NCBI GenBank assembly: GCA_035627515.1
Contig: DASPLQ010000012.1
Location: 650,331 to 714,330 of the forward strand
Direction: 5' to 3'
Source: Vitreimonas sp.
GTDB lineage: Bacteria > Patescibacteriota > Microgenomatia > UBA1400 > PJMF01
Length of the DNA stretch: 64,000 nt
Numbering within the stretch: position 1 is the stretch's first letter; each line of letters begins with the position of its first letter. Under the pieces are notes generated by a model. The model was not told the origin of the DNA. It searched no databases and saw nothing but the letters and a program-made list of their open reading frames with translations. The position numbers were made by a program, and so were the translations under genes. Below are positions 50,805 to 60,383 of the stretch, piece by piece.

Positions 50805-51774
50805 CCCCTTTTCCCACCTTAGCTACAAAGATTTGATCAATGTAGGCTTCTTTCATAAAGAAAGTTTTTATTTTTTCTACATTTTCTTTATTACAAATGA
50901 TGTGAACGTTTGGTCCGGCATCGATGGTAAAGTAACATTCGATATCAGCTGCTCTTAGTTCATAAACAGCTTTGATTATTTCCAAGGTGCTACTCTCCCA
51001 ATACCAAATAGGTGGATGTGAGGTCATAGCAACGAGGTGAAGTGATAAAGTCTCCTTTTCTATTTCACTTCCTAGTAATGTGAGGTTTCTTTCAGAAATT
51101 GCTTCACGAATTTTTTTTAATCGTGGTGATAGCTCAGCTAGCCGAGCAGAGAAATAAGGGCTTGTAGCGGTGGCTTCGTGCCCTTCAAGTGAGGAAACTT
51201 TTTTAGCATCTTGAGACACTACCAAAATAAGATCATATAATGCCCAGTGTGATTCGGGAGCTAATTGGGTAGCAAAAGATGTGGTGTTGCTGGTGCCTTT
51301 TTTCCATTCCACAAATCCATCTGGTATTGAGCGTGTGGCGGAACCAGACCCTCCTAATCGAGTTAAGATAGAGAGTTGTTTTTGTGAAGGTTTTAATTTT
51401 AGGGCTTGGCATATTGCCAGCGTCAAAGCCGCAAAGGCGGAGGCAGAAGAAGCGATCCCGGCATCAGCGGGAAAGTTATTAATGGATTTAACACATGCTG
51501 GCAAATTAATCTGAGCCATCTCTCTGAGGCGATTTAATTGATTAATGATTCTAGAGGCTTTTTTTCCTGTTAATTGTTGTTCTTGCTCATTAAAAAAGGT
51601 GACATAAATTTGATCTACTGTATATTTTTCTGAAAAATCAACAGTAGTGATGGTATGTATTCCCTCTAAATTCATCGAGATAGAAGAATTTTGTGGTAAG
51701 GTTAATTCTGTATTTTTTTTACCCCAATACTTTACAAAGGCAATATTGGCGGGAGCGAGCGCAGTGGCTTTCAT
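50776..51774 (-). CDS. mvaD: Diphosphomevalonate decarboxylase
   Basis: NIAFVKYWGK, NNFP.AGIASSAS, GSGSATRS, FTIDAGPNVH; ATGA-coupled to the upstream kinase. Confidence 0.95.
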   Translation of the reverse strand: MKATALAPANIAFVKYWGKKNTELTLPQNSSISMNLEGIHTITTVDFSEKYTVDQIYVTFFNEQEQQLTGKKASRIINQLNRLREMAQINLPACVKSINNFPADAGIASSASAFAALTLAICQALKLKPSQKQLSILTRLGGSGSATRSIPDGFVEWKKGTSNTTSFATQLAPESHWALYDLILVVSQDAKKVSSLEGHEATATSPYFSARLAELSPRLKKIREAISERNLTLLGSEIEKETLSLHLVAMTSHPPIWYWESSTLEIIKAVYELRAADIECYFTIDAGPNVHIICNKENVEKIKTFFMKEAYIDQIFVAKVGKGARLISEHLF

Positions 51775-52655
51775 TGTAGTACTTCCCATTGATGGTTACT
51801 TGTTAAGTTAAGTAGTTTGTTTTTTTGTTGATGATATGCCAAGATAATACCTGAGCCACCTTTTATTCCCCCAGCCCCACAAACTTTGGCGTGTCCGCCA
51901 ATGCTTTCAATCAGATTAATCATTTCTTTGGCTTTAGAGCCTACCACTCCTAGTGTTTCAAGTTGTCTCTGATTGGTGGTTAATAAAAATGTAGGCGGTA
52001 CTCCTTTTTCAAGTTGCTCAATAATCTTGTTTGTAACTTTACTAATGTTAGCGCATATTTTTTTGAAATCAGGTTTTTTAAGTGATTTTTCAACCATCTC
52101 TTTGGTAGTTTCTTTAGCTGCACCCGAGTTAATTAACACATAATTATTTATGTTAAAAAATGGCGTTTTTTTATCAGTTATTTTTAATTCACCGCCGATG
52201 CTTTTAACTACTAAAGGCAGATTGTATGCAGTTGCTACAGCGTCGAGGCCGCTGGGTCTGCCATGAGCATAAGTTTCACATTTCTGAATCAAAGTTATTT
52301 TTTGTGATAATGATAAAACGCATCTATTTACTTGGGCACAGGCTTGAACAATAGCATGCGCTAAGGCTGCTGATGAGCCCAACCCACAGTTTTGTGGAAT
52401 AGTTGAATTAAGTTCTAATTTAAAGTGAGAATAATCACTTGAAAATTCTTCTTTACAAACATTGAGAATAAACTCAACGTGAGGTGAATAAACAGGTTTG
52501 TTTTTAATGTTAGTGACCAATCTGGCTTTAATGTGATTTTTTAAGGGAATTACTAGCGCTATTGTTCCCTGTAATATACTATATTCACCACTCACTATTA
52601 ACTTACCGTGCGCCGTTGCCCAAGGAGTTTTATTTATCACTTGTGTTGTCCTCAT
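51771..52655 (-). CDS. mvk: Mevalonate kinase (GHMP)
   Basis: HGKLIVSGEY, IPQNCGLGSSAA, HGRPSGLD, KVCGAGG. Confidence 0.88.
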   Translation of the reverse strand: MRTTQVINKTPWATAHGKLIVSGEYSILQGTIALVIPLKNHIKARLVTNIKNKPVYSPHVEFILNVCKEEFSSDYSHFKLELNSTIPQNCGLGSSAALAHAIVQACAQVNRCVLSLSQKITLIQKCETYAHGRPSGLDAVATAYNLPLVVKSIGGELKITDKKTPFFNINNYVLINSGAAKETTKEMVEKSLKKPDFKKICANISKVTNKIIEQLEKGVPPTFLLTTNQRQLETLGVVGSKAKEMINLIESIGGHAKVCGAGGIKGGSGIILAYHQQKNKLLNLTSNHQWEVLQ

Positions 52656-52803
52656 CTTCAAGATAAACAATTTCATACATATCACGTAAATCTTCTATCT
52701 CAATTGATACACTTCCACACACCACCATATCCCACCACTCATTAGGTATGTCTGCAAATTCACTTTTGAGAACTAACTTAAATTTCCGATTTTCTTTTTC
52801 CAT
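52630..52803 (-). CDS. Small acidic protein (57 aa), not in the ORF track
   Basis: MEKENRKFKLVLKSEFADIPNEWWDMVVCGSVSIEIEDLRDMYEIVYLEDEDNTSDK; AAAGGA SD upstream; overlaps mvk start. Confidence 0.5.
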   Translation of the reverse strand: MEKENRKFKLVLKSEFADIPNEWWDMVVCGSVSIEIEDLRDMYEIVYLEDEDNTSDK

Positions 52804-52914
52804 GTGATTCCTTTCTTTTTATCGATGAACACTTTGGATGTTACATACTCATTGGTCGTAATTAACCACGAGAATCATTCAAAAGGGAAAATTTTATAGA
52901 GGAGTCAGCAAAGT

Positions 52915-54870
52915 TTACTCAAACACTACGGTGGTGACACTATATGCCGGCATGGTGTAGTACGTGATGTTGCCAGTGACGGTGAGTGTGCCAGCTGATT
53001 GAGGTGTAGATGAAGCGGACGTCAAGCGATAAGCACGGGCGGTAGTGAAGCTGTGGGTACTACTGACGGCTAATTTAACGACTAAGGGACTGGCATGTTT
53101 ATTGATGACCACTGCGTACACTTTATCTGTGGCCACCCCGTTTGCCATACCATACGCAGAACTGCGGACAATATCAGAGTTGGTAACTTCAGGTAAGCTC
53201 GAGTTACCGATCTTACTGCCATTGCCATCATAGTTTAAGTACATGTCAAAGGCACCATAAAAGAATTGGTTTTGATCATTAAGTTCCCAGAGGTTAGCAG
53301 CGAAGATGCCTTCGCGACCAAAAATGCCTAGCACGTCAGCTTGAGCGATACCTCCTGAAATGTGATTACCACCACCATAGTTATATTCGGTGAAGGCTAA
53401 TTTAGTGTCGGGGTAGTTGTTGCCGATACGAGTGCGGACGTCAGGAATTAATTTGATAGGTGCGTGTAGATAATCATTTGCAATCCAGCTATTTTCTTGA
53501 TAGGAATGATCCCACAATGAGCGTGGAGCCTGGACACGAGCTTGAATTTTACTCTCACTATCACTATTACAATCAGTAATGCGGCAACCGGTAGCGTTGT
53601 CGCGGGCTTCAGGATACCAATGGAGATCCAAAACGTCTAATAAGCGTTTGCCGGCTGCGGTTGATCGCTGCCTCATGCCAGCCAGGAAATAATCTAAGTA
53701 GGTGTCACCAACCTGGCCTGGGGCTCGAGTGGTGGTGCGGTCAGGAGCATCTTGGAGAGTTTGGAACTCGTTATAGCCGTAGGCGACCGAGCCAAAGACT
53801 TTGGCGTTAGGGTCACGAGCTTTGATGACAGCCGCAAACTCACTGGAGCGATCAACCATCTCAGCATAGGTGGGTTTATTAGGATGGACATATGGATGGG
53901 TGCTAGGCCATAAACCAGGTTCATTATCCAAGCTATACATAATGTCCGCAGTGGGGAAGATGCTTTCTACAAAATTAACAAACTCACTTTGATAGACACG
54001 ACGATCACCCATCACGCCTGAGCTGCCATCACCACTTGGTTGAGGATCATTAATGGCCCAGCGGGTATTGGTATCAGTGGCAGTGGAGTTGACGGAACCA
54101 TTTTTATCAGCGGAGACATAATCGACAATGGGCACGGTCACGAGCGACGCAGCTTCTTTACTTTGAGCGTCGTTAATTCGAACTCGGACGGCTTCACCCG
54201 GTGTACCAGAGTTGCCACCACAACTGTAGCCGCCTGATTCACAGAGGTAGTTATCACTGGAGTTTTGCCAATCAGTGCCGGCGTTGGAAGCATTATTTTC
54301 CCAGTTATAGGCAGTCCAGCGGTTACCACCGGAGCGAACGAGCTCGGTGCGAGCGTAGCGAGCGTCATTGGTGCCATAAATATACTGTGAGATTTCACGT
54401 CTGACCATAGAATTGATCGTGACCGAGATGTCATGTGGCTGAGGTGAGGTGGAAGGAAACGGTGAAGGACTGCCCGGCATGGGTGTAGGATTAGCACTGG
54501 AGAGAGGGCTAGAGCTGGGCGTAGGGCTGGTGCTGGGTCCTGGGCTGGAACTAGGGCTGGGAGTACAGGTATCGAAAAAATATAGTCGTAACCAACTGAG
54601 ATCTACTAGATTAACATACGAGTTGCGATCAAGATCTGCCGGCGAAGTAGTAGTGGCTGAGGGCGAAAAATTGTTAGCTAAGATGGTGTAATCAGGGAGG
54701 TTGACAACTAAATCGTCATTTAGGTCGGCATCACAGACCGTAGGTGTATACGCAGTTTGAGCTGCTACCTGGGAAGCAAGCAAGACACTGACAGTGGTCA
54801 ACGCCAAAACTGTAAAGGCAACTAAGGGTCTGCGCTGAAATGCAGGTAACAACGGCATAGAGTCAGGCAA
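52915..54870 (-). CDS. Secreted dockerin-like domain + Pro/Ser linker + glycoside hydrolase family 44
   Basis: RSGGNRWTAYNWENNASNAG, LDNEPGLW..TH..VHP, LDLHWYPE, AFTEYNYGG; N-terminal DLNDDLVVNLPDY / DLDRNSYVNLVDL. Confidence 0.88.
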   Translation of the reverse strand: MPDSMPLLPAFQRRPLVAFTVLALTTVSVLLASQVAAQTAYTPTVCDADLNDDLVVNLPDYTILANNFSPSATTTSPADLDRNSYVNLVDLSWLRLYFFDTCTPSPSSSPGPSTSPTPSSSPLSSANPTPMPGSPSPFPSTSPQPHDISVTINSMVRREISQYIYGTNDARYARTELVRSGGNRWTAYNWENNASNAGTDWQNSSDNYLCESGGYSCGGNSGTPGEAVRVRINDAQSKEAASLVTVPIVDYVSADKNGSVNSTATDTNTRWAINDPQPSGDGSSGVMGDRRVYQSEFVNFVESIFPTADIMYSLDNEPGLWPSTHPYVHPNKPTYAEMVDRSSEFAAVIKARDPNAKVFGSVAYGYNEFQTLQDAPDRTTTRAPGQVGDTYLDYFLAGMRQRSTAAGKRLLDVLDLHWYPEARDNATGCRITDCNSDSESKIQARVQAPRSLWDHSYQENSWIANDYLHAPIKLIPDVRTRIGNNYPDTKLAFTEYNYGGGNHISGGIAQADVLGIFGREGIFAANLWELNDQNQFFYGAFDMYLNYDGNGSKIGNSSLPEVTNSDIVRSSAYGMANGVATDKVYAVVINKHASPLVVKLAVSSTHSFTTARAYRLTSASSTPQSAGTLTVTGNITYYTMPAYSVTTVVFE

Positions 54871-55005
54871 TATTATAGCTTGTTTACTTGATTTCCACAG
54901 GTAGAGGATGACGTTAAATAACTGATATGTACAACCTACGTATTTGCTATTTAATGTTTATTGGTTTTAATACCCCTACGTTGTTCCAGATATACATCTA
55001 AAAAA

Positions 55006-55596
55006 ATGAGAACCAAAGCCTCCCTTACTATCTATTTTAACGCCGCGATTTGTGCTGAAAATGAGTTTGAGCAAGAATATCGCCTGATTGTGGAGACGTT
55101 AGAAAAACTTGGTCATAAAGTTATCTCAGATCATGTTTTCCAACAAACCCTGGAAGATTTGAAAAAGAAAAAACCTGAACAGTTGCAGAAGTATTACCAC
55201 CAAACTAAACGTAAAATCCAAAAAGCTGACCTGATGGTGGCGGAAATTTCGTATCCTTCTACTGTGAATGTGGGTCACGAGTTAACCTTGGCTTTAGAAT
55301 ACAACAAGCCGGTGTTAGCTCTGTATCGCACTGATCAACCGCCATTAATTTTTTGGGCGCTAAATGAAGACAAATTCTGTGTGGCAGAATATTCCCTCAG
55401 TAATTTGCCCACAGTGATCCAAGATTGTCTCGATTACTTAAGTAGCCAAGTGGATTCACGATTTAACTTTTTCATCTCACCACGGCTACAAAATTATCTC
55501 GATTTAATTTTTAAGAAAAAGAAAATTCCTCGTTCAGTGTATCTACGCCGATTAATCGAAGAAGACATGGCTAAGAATAAGGATTTGGTCGATTAA
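55006..55596 (+). CDS. Nucleoside 2-deoxyribosyltransferase/DNPH1-like domain fused to a C-terminal ribbon-helix-helix domain
   Basis: ADLMVAEISYPSTVNVGHELTLAL..KPVLAL; RFNFFISP.L..YL......IPRSVYLRRLIEEDM. Confidence 0.75.
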   Translation: MRTKASLTIYFNAAICAENEFEQEYRLIVETLEKLGHKVISDHVFQQTLEDLKKKKPEQLQKYYHQTKRKIQKADLMVAEISYPSTVNVGHELTLALEYNKPVLALYRTDQPPLIFWALNEDKFCVAEYSLSNLPTVIQDCLDYLSSQVDSRFNFFISPRLQNYLDLIFKKKKIPRSVYLRRLIEEDMAKNKDLVD

Positions 55597-55652
55597 ATTC
55601 TCCGCTTCGTTTTTTACTCACCACTAGATATAATCGCATCTGACTGAATTAA

Positions 55653-55740
55653 GGAAGCGTCGCCTAGTGGTTTATGGCACATGCCTGGAAAGCATGACCC
55701 CGCAAGGGGCTCGTGGGTTCGAATCCCACCGCTTCCGCCA
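55653..55740 (+). tRNA. tRNA-Ser(GGA)
   Basis: GGAAGCG...CATGC-CTGGAAA-GCATG, variable arm CCCC-GCAA-GGGG, GGTTCGAATCC, CGCTTCC-G-CCA. Confidence 0.95.
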
Positions 55741-55789
55741 CAATCAACAATCGAGCGTAGCTCGAATTGGCGAGTGTGATGGGATATGC
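55711..55789 (+). repeat. 79-nt direct repeat copy 2 (copy 1 at 13950-14028)
   Basis: Manual alignment, 2 mismatches. Confidence 0.9.
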
Positions 55790-55896
55790 ACTTGGGTTTT
55801 TATCCTGCCGGCAACCGAGCTCAGCTCGGCTGCCTAATACCCGGAGGGTGCACCGCTTCCGCTGATAAAACACTTGAACCGAAACAGAAATAAGTT

Positions 55897-57144
55897 TTAA
55901 CTAGCTTTTTGCTCTATTAACACTGCTCCCACCACAAACCAAAATATCAAGTGTTCTGAAATTGAAATGACATTGGTCTGTGAGTGGTACACATATAACA
56001 AAAAGCACAACATCAACATTTGGTACCAGACACGGTCAGTAGCATTTGCTTTACGAGTTTGTTTAACTAACTGAAGATAAGCAACCCCCAACAGTAAACT
56101 GTAACTGATGAGCCCCACCACCCCGGTGGTGACCAAAACCTCTAACAATTCTGAGTGAGCTTTGTCGAGATAGACATCATGATAAAAACCTTCTCGCAGT
56201 GCCGAGTAACGGAAAGCATAATCCACATTGGCCACCCCCCACCCGAAAACAGGTTGAGCTAAATAGCCGGTACTGACATGTTTAAAAATCCGTGTTCGGC
56301 TTTCAGCTATGGCGGTCGTTTGATCTTTCCAAATAGCAATAGTATTAAAGAGAAGCGCTGCTAAGAGTATGGTGCCCAGCCCCCAAACTGGAGAGTAATC
56401 TTTGGTAAGTATATAAAGGAGACACGTTGCCACTCCCAACCCTGCAATGGCTCCCAAAGAATATGTCCCTAGCAGAGCTAGGATGAGGATAACCAGTGTT
56501 AAGACCACTCCACCTTTCACCAGCTGTGTGTCAGCTACGCGGTATAAATACCACCCCAATGGTAAACAACACAGCAGATAGCCAGCTAAAAAGTTAGGTT
56601 GACCGAAGCTAACACCGATCGCCCCCTGCCAGTTATAAACACTTTCCATATTCAGCACATGTAAACGCACGAAATCAATCACCGCCCAAGTACTCACTAG
56701 TCCTGCACCAGACCACATCGACCACACAAAATACTTTCGCCACTGGGATGTTTGCCAGAAACTGATCAGTAAACTTGCCGCAATCAACACGCTTAAGGTC
56801 AATAAGCCATCGATACGATAGGGATTACCGATGACGCTTTTATGGATATCTTCACCTAACAGAGATGAAAGGACAGCTACGCTAAAGAAGGTCATGACAG
56901 CTAGGAGTAGCGGAAGATGAAAAGTGATGGCAGGCATAGGCCGTCGTCGCAGCATCACCATCAGAGTAAACCCTATCCCCATAACTCCAGCAATGGTAGC
57001 CCAGACCTTAGGAACTTCATGAGGAATAGTAGCACTGGGCCAAAATACCAGCGGCTGCAGACAGAGACCAATCCACCCCAACCAGAGGTAAAAAGGCACA
57101 GCAAATAGGGATAAATGGGATTTCTGTCGCCTGTTGACCGACAT
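55897..57144 (-). CDS. O-antigen ligase (Wzy_C) family protein
   Basis: SFGQPNFLAGY, SRTRI, PVFGWG, DKAHSELLEVLVTTGVVG; multi-TM. Confidence 0.88.
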   Translation of the reverse strand: MSVNRRQKSHLSLFAVPFYLWLGWIGLCLQPLVFWPSATIPHEVPKVWATIAGVMGIGFTLMVMLRRRPMPAITFHLPLLLAVMTFFSVAVLSSLLGEDIHKSVIGNPYRIDGLLTLSVLIAASLLISFWQTSQWRKYFVWSMWSGAGLVSTWAVIDFVRLHVLNMESVYNWQGAIGVSFGQPNFLAGYLLCCLPLGWYLYRVADTQLVKGGVVLTLVILILALLGTYSLGAIAGLGVATCLLYILTKDYSPVWGLGTILLAALLFNTIAIWKDQTTAIAESRTRIFKHVSTGYLAQPVFGWGVANVDYAFRYSALREGFYHDVYLDKAHSELLEVLVTTGVVGLISYSLLLGVAYLQLVKQTRKANATDRVWYQMLMLCFLLYVYHSQTNVISISEHLIFWFVVGAVLIEQKAS

Positions 57145-57204
57145 TTTTTGTTGCTGTATAGTACCAAATCTAATACGTACAAATTATATAAAAGTATATC
57201 AAAT

Positions 57205-57798
57205 ATGAAAAATACTTCTTACTTCTCTATTGTAGCGCTGTTTGCCTTAGTTGTGCCAGTGCTGTCATTATTGGCCTTTGCTGGTCAGGGCGTGCCACAA
57301 GTTTCAGCAGGTGGGGCTTGGGAAGAACCAGTTTCAACTCCTTCGCAACCAGTCAGTACTCCAACTCAACCTGGTAACGCTGGTGGGAATAATAACGGAG
57401 TCAGTACCAACGCAGGTGGCAGTCCAGCCACCGGTACTAGTGCAGCACATCCTCAAGGCTGTGGCGACACTCGCCCAGTAGGTGTATCAGATTTATTCCA
57501 GATCAATAGAGATGGTGCTAAAGCTACTTTATACTTCACACCTGTCCATGGTGCGAGTAGTTATCATGTCGTTTTTGGACACAAGGATGGGGATGAACGC
57601 TTTGGTGGTATCTCCATGGTCCCTAGTAACAATAATGGTGTGCAAACCATCGTCGTCGATCACTTGTCACCTCGCAAGACCTACTCATTCAAAGTAGTAC
57701 CTGCCAATGGTTGTGCCGCTGGCGACAGTTCCAGCTGGTTGACTGCAACTGGTAAAGGTCTGAAGTTCTCAGCCTTCAAGTACTTCAAGAAAAAGTAA
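57205..57798 (+). CDS. Secreted fibronectin type III-like protein
   Basis: Signal peptide; DLFQI..ATLYFTP...HLSPRKTYSFKV...NGCAAG. Confidence 0.72.
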   Translation: MKNTSYFSIVALFALVVPVLSLLAFAGQGVPQVSAGGAWEEPVSTPSQPVSTPTQPGNAGGNNNGVSTNAGGSPATGTSAAHPQGCGDTRPVGVSDLFQINRDGAKATLYFTPVHGASSYHVVFGHKDGDERFGGISMVPSNNNGVQTIVVDHLSPRKTYSFKVVPANGCAAGDSSSWLTATGKGLKFSAFKYFKKK

Positions 57799-57820
57799 AG
57801 TGATTTAGTCAGGATAATCA

Positions 57821-57857
57821 GACCCCCGTCTGCTCATTAGCGGATCGGGGGTTTTTT
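57821..57857 (+). terminator. Intrinsic terminator
   Basis: ACCCCCG-TCTGCT...AGCGGA-CGGGGGT stem followed by a T-run. Confidence 0.75.
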
Positions 57858-57909
57858 GTGATAGAGTGTGCAGAACACTTAAAAAGTAATTTTTATTTAA
57901 GGAGTAATA

Positions 57910-58227
57910 ATGACCTCTGAACAACCACGAACTTATGATCAATTATCTCCTGTTCAAAAAGATCAAGTTTCAGCCTTAAAGCAAGAGATTGCAACCAATC
58001 CTTGGTTTAACACGGCTTACATTGCCGCGCGATTGAACCCTGAACTGGTGGGCTTTTACTTGAAATCAACTCATCAGGGTGAGCAAATTTTACCTGTTTA
58101 TCAAACACAAGATGGTAACCAAACATGGTTTTTTGCAGTCGAGTATCATGGTCCCCAAGAATATCGCAAAGAAACCACCCATGAAGGTGTCCCTCGATCA
58201 GCTGTCATTTTCCATAACATGAAATAG
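57910..58227 (+). CDS. Hypothetical protein
   Basis: 105-aa ORF with AAGGAG SD. Confidence 0.6.
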   Translation: MTSEQPRTYDQLSPVQKDQVSALKQEIATNPWFNTAYIAARLNPELVGFYLKSTHQGEQILPVYQTQDGNQTWFFAVEYHGPQEYRKETTHEGVPRSAVIFHNMK

Positions 58228-58236
58228 GTATAATAA

Positions 58237-59034
58237 ATGTCTATGACTCTTTTTCACGCTCTCATTCTTGGTATTGTAGAAGGTTTGACTGAGTTTCTCC
58301 CGATCTCATCCACCTTTCATTTAATTTTTGCTAGCAAATTACTGGGTATTCCAGAAACTGAGTTTCTGAAGATGTTTGAAGTTTTTATACAGTCAGGGGC
58401 GATTTTGTCAGTGGTGTTTTTGTATGGCTGGGAAACCTTCAAAGACCGGGCGCTGTGGCCCAAAGTCGTGGCATCATTTATTCCCACGGCTGTGATTGGT
58501 TTTGGATTACACGAAATTATTAAATCGGTATTTTTTGAGACCGAAAGTTTAATGATCATGATGTTTATTGGCTTAGGTATTGGGTTTATGGCGTATGAAT
58601 GGTGGTTAGCGAAGGAAGATAAACAACCAGCGGGAGCTGTGGCAACTTTGACGTATAGTCAAGCAATCATGGTCGGTTTAGCACAAGCAGTAGCCGTGAT
58701 TCCAGGTGTGTCCCGGGCTGGGGCAGTGATAGTAGCGATGATGCTCTTGGGTATTAGGCGGGATGAGGCGGCTAAGTACTCGTTTATTTTGGCGGTACCC
58801 ACCATTTGTGGAGCTGCCTTTTTAGATATCGTCAAAATGAGATCAGAGCTGATGGCAGCAGGGGACTCGATTATGCTGTTGATGGCAGGTTTTGTTGCCG
58901 CATTTTTCTCAGCTTTGATTGTGTTGAAATGGTTTATCAGTTACTTGCAGCGTCACACGCTGACTCAATTTGGCGCCTATCGAGTAGTAGCCGGGATGAT
59001 TTTAGCTTTCCTGCTTTACACCGCTGGGATTTAA
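58237..59034 (+). CDS. uppP: Undecaprenyl-diphosphate phosphatase
   Basis: GIVEGLTEFLPISSTFH, IQSGAIL, IPGVSRAG, YSFILAVP, FGAYR. Confidence 0.95.
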   Translation: MSMTLFHALILGIVEGLTEFLPISSTFHLIFASKLLGIPETEFLKMFEVFIQSGAILSVVFLYGWETFKDRALWPKVVASFIPTAVIGFGLHEIIKSVFFETESLMIMMFIGLGIGFMAYEWWLAKEDKQPAGAVATLTYSQAIMVGLAQAVAVIPGVSRAGAVIVAMMLLGIRRDEAAKYSFILAVPTICGAAFLDIVKMRSELMAAGDSIMLLMAGFVAAFFSALIVLKWFISYLQRHTLTQFGAYRVVAGMILAFLLYTAGI

Positions 59035-59052
59035 CTTTTAAATAGAGATGGT

Positions 59053-59352
59053 ATGGTGAAGTACAAACAATTTTTCCAACAAATGCTTGAAGAAAATCGG
59101 GCTCAATTTGAAGCTTTCAAAGTTGTGCACGATGGCTATAAGCAAGATCGTAAGGCGTGGAGTAAACGTTTTCACGAAGAAGGTAGAGAGATTATCGATA
59201 TTATTCGTGACTGGGAACGACGATTATGTTCAGGAATGGAACGAGGCAATAATGCCGTTTTTTCTTCCAAGTTATCAGAGAAGTTTTGGGCAGAAATCAA
59301 AGGCTATTTATCTCACATTGAGTTGGTAGGCGTGAAGTCAAACTTAGATTAA
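59053..59352 (+). CDS. Small hypothetical protein
   Basis: 99-aa ORF with ATG start following uppP. Confidence 0.65.
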   Translation: MVKYKQFFQQMLEENRAQFEAFKVVHDGYKQDRKAWSKRFHEEGREIIDIIRDWERRLCSGMERGNNAVFSSKLSEKFWAEIKGYLSHIELVGVKSNLD

Positions 59353-59672
59353 AGTATGTTCCTTGTGACATATTTGTGCCACGATCGTGCACTATGTATG
59401 GCACTGTAAAAATGAGGTTCTATTTAGGATTTAGTGAGTGAGAGGGTCTTTTGCAGAGCTCATGTTTTTTCGTTTGTATGAATATTGGCAAAAATCATAC
59501 AACCTTCACAAACCTCTTTCTTATCCATTGTGCGATTATTAACAAAAACCGCACAACGCAGAAAAAATTCACTTTTTGAACAACTACTATCAAACAGATA
59601 AAGATCAGACTCTTTTTTCACACCCCCATGAGAAACCTTCTTAAAGGTCTTTCAGCTATAGCATTAAAAACC

Positions 59673-59706
59673 AAAAAAAAGACGGGTAGTTGTGTCCCTA
59701 CCCGTC
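59673..59706 (-). terminator. Intrinsic terminator on the minus strand
   Basis: GACGGGTAG...CTACCCGTC stem with T8 on the minus strand. Confidence 0.8.
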
Positions 59707-59753
59707 GCCTGTGTCACTCATGCTGCTCGTTGTGTTGTGTTTAATTGTATGAG

Positions 59754-59825
59754 TTAACTCCGATCGGAACTACGTGATTGTTTGCCCCGACTGGAAGAAC
59801 TCTTGCTGCGATTAGACTTTGCCAT
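59754..59825 (-). CDS. 23-aa Ser/Arg/Lys-rich micropeptide, not in the ORF track
   Basis: MAKSNRSKSSSSRGKQSRSSDRS; strong SD GAAAGGGGGTGA upstream and its own terminator downstream. Confidence 0.55.
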   Translation of the reverse strand: MAKSNRSKSSSSRGKQSRSSDRS

Positions 59826-59963
59826 ATAGTCTAAGTGGTCACCCCCTTTCTCTTACTTTGTAGCTGTTTGGTAAACACCACTATGAGCGTTTTATGTAAA
59901 GGCACCAGCAACGTTGGGTAAGAAAGAAGTAAGCGACGGAAATAGCCAAAACCTAAACTTTAG

Positions 59964-60311
59964 CTATTGCTTGGGTTGAGCGCGGCGTTTCTCAATTTTC
60001 TCTAGAGAATACATGATGCGCTCATGGAGATTAATTTTCTTGATCCGGGCAAAGCGAAGAATGGTGGCCAGGATATCGCCGAGTTCTTGTTCATAGGTTT
60101 CATCATTTTGAGCGGCGATGTTGGTAGGTTTGCGGCCGTGTTCAGCGAGATAAGCCCGGGCCATCTCTCCCAATTCTTCCATCAGGCTTAAGATCAAAAT
60201 CGAGCCAAACTCTTTGGTGTTACGTTTACCCTTGTCAATTTTGTCTAAGTAGCGGAAGTATGTTGCAAAAGGAGTGGAGTAGTAATTTTTTTTAGCTGGT
60301 TGAGTTTTCAT
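59964..60311 (-). CDS. MazG-like nucleotide pyrophosphohydrolase
   Basis: LMEELGEMAR...QELGDIL; TATAAT 7 nt upstream of MKTQP. Confidence 0.8.
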   Translation of the reverse strand: MKTQPAKKNYYSTPFATYFRYLDKIDKGKRNTKEFGSILILSLMEELGEMARAYLAEHGRKPTNIAAQNDETYEQELGDILATILRFARIKKINLHERIMYSLEKIEKRRAQPKQ

Positions 60312-60383
60312 ACTCTGAATTATACAGAGTTTGGGTATTTTTTGGATTTTAAAATGGAGTATACTTAAAAGTACTTTCCCATC

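Noticed and set aside
59353-59672. Replication origin
   Set aside because: Only one weak DnaA-box-like sequence (TTATCCATT); no cluster and no dnaA/dnaN nearby
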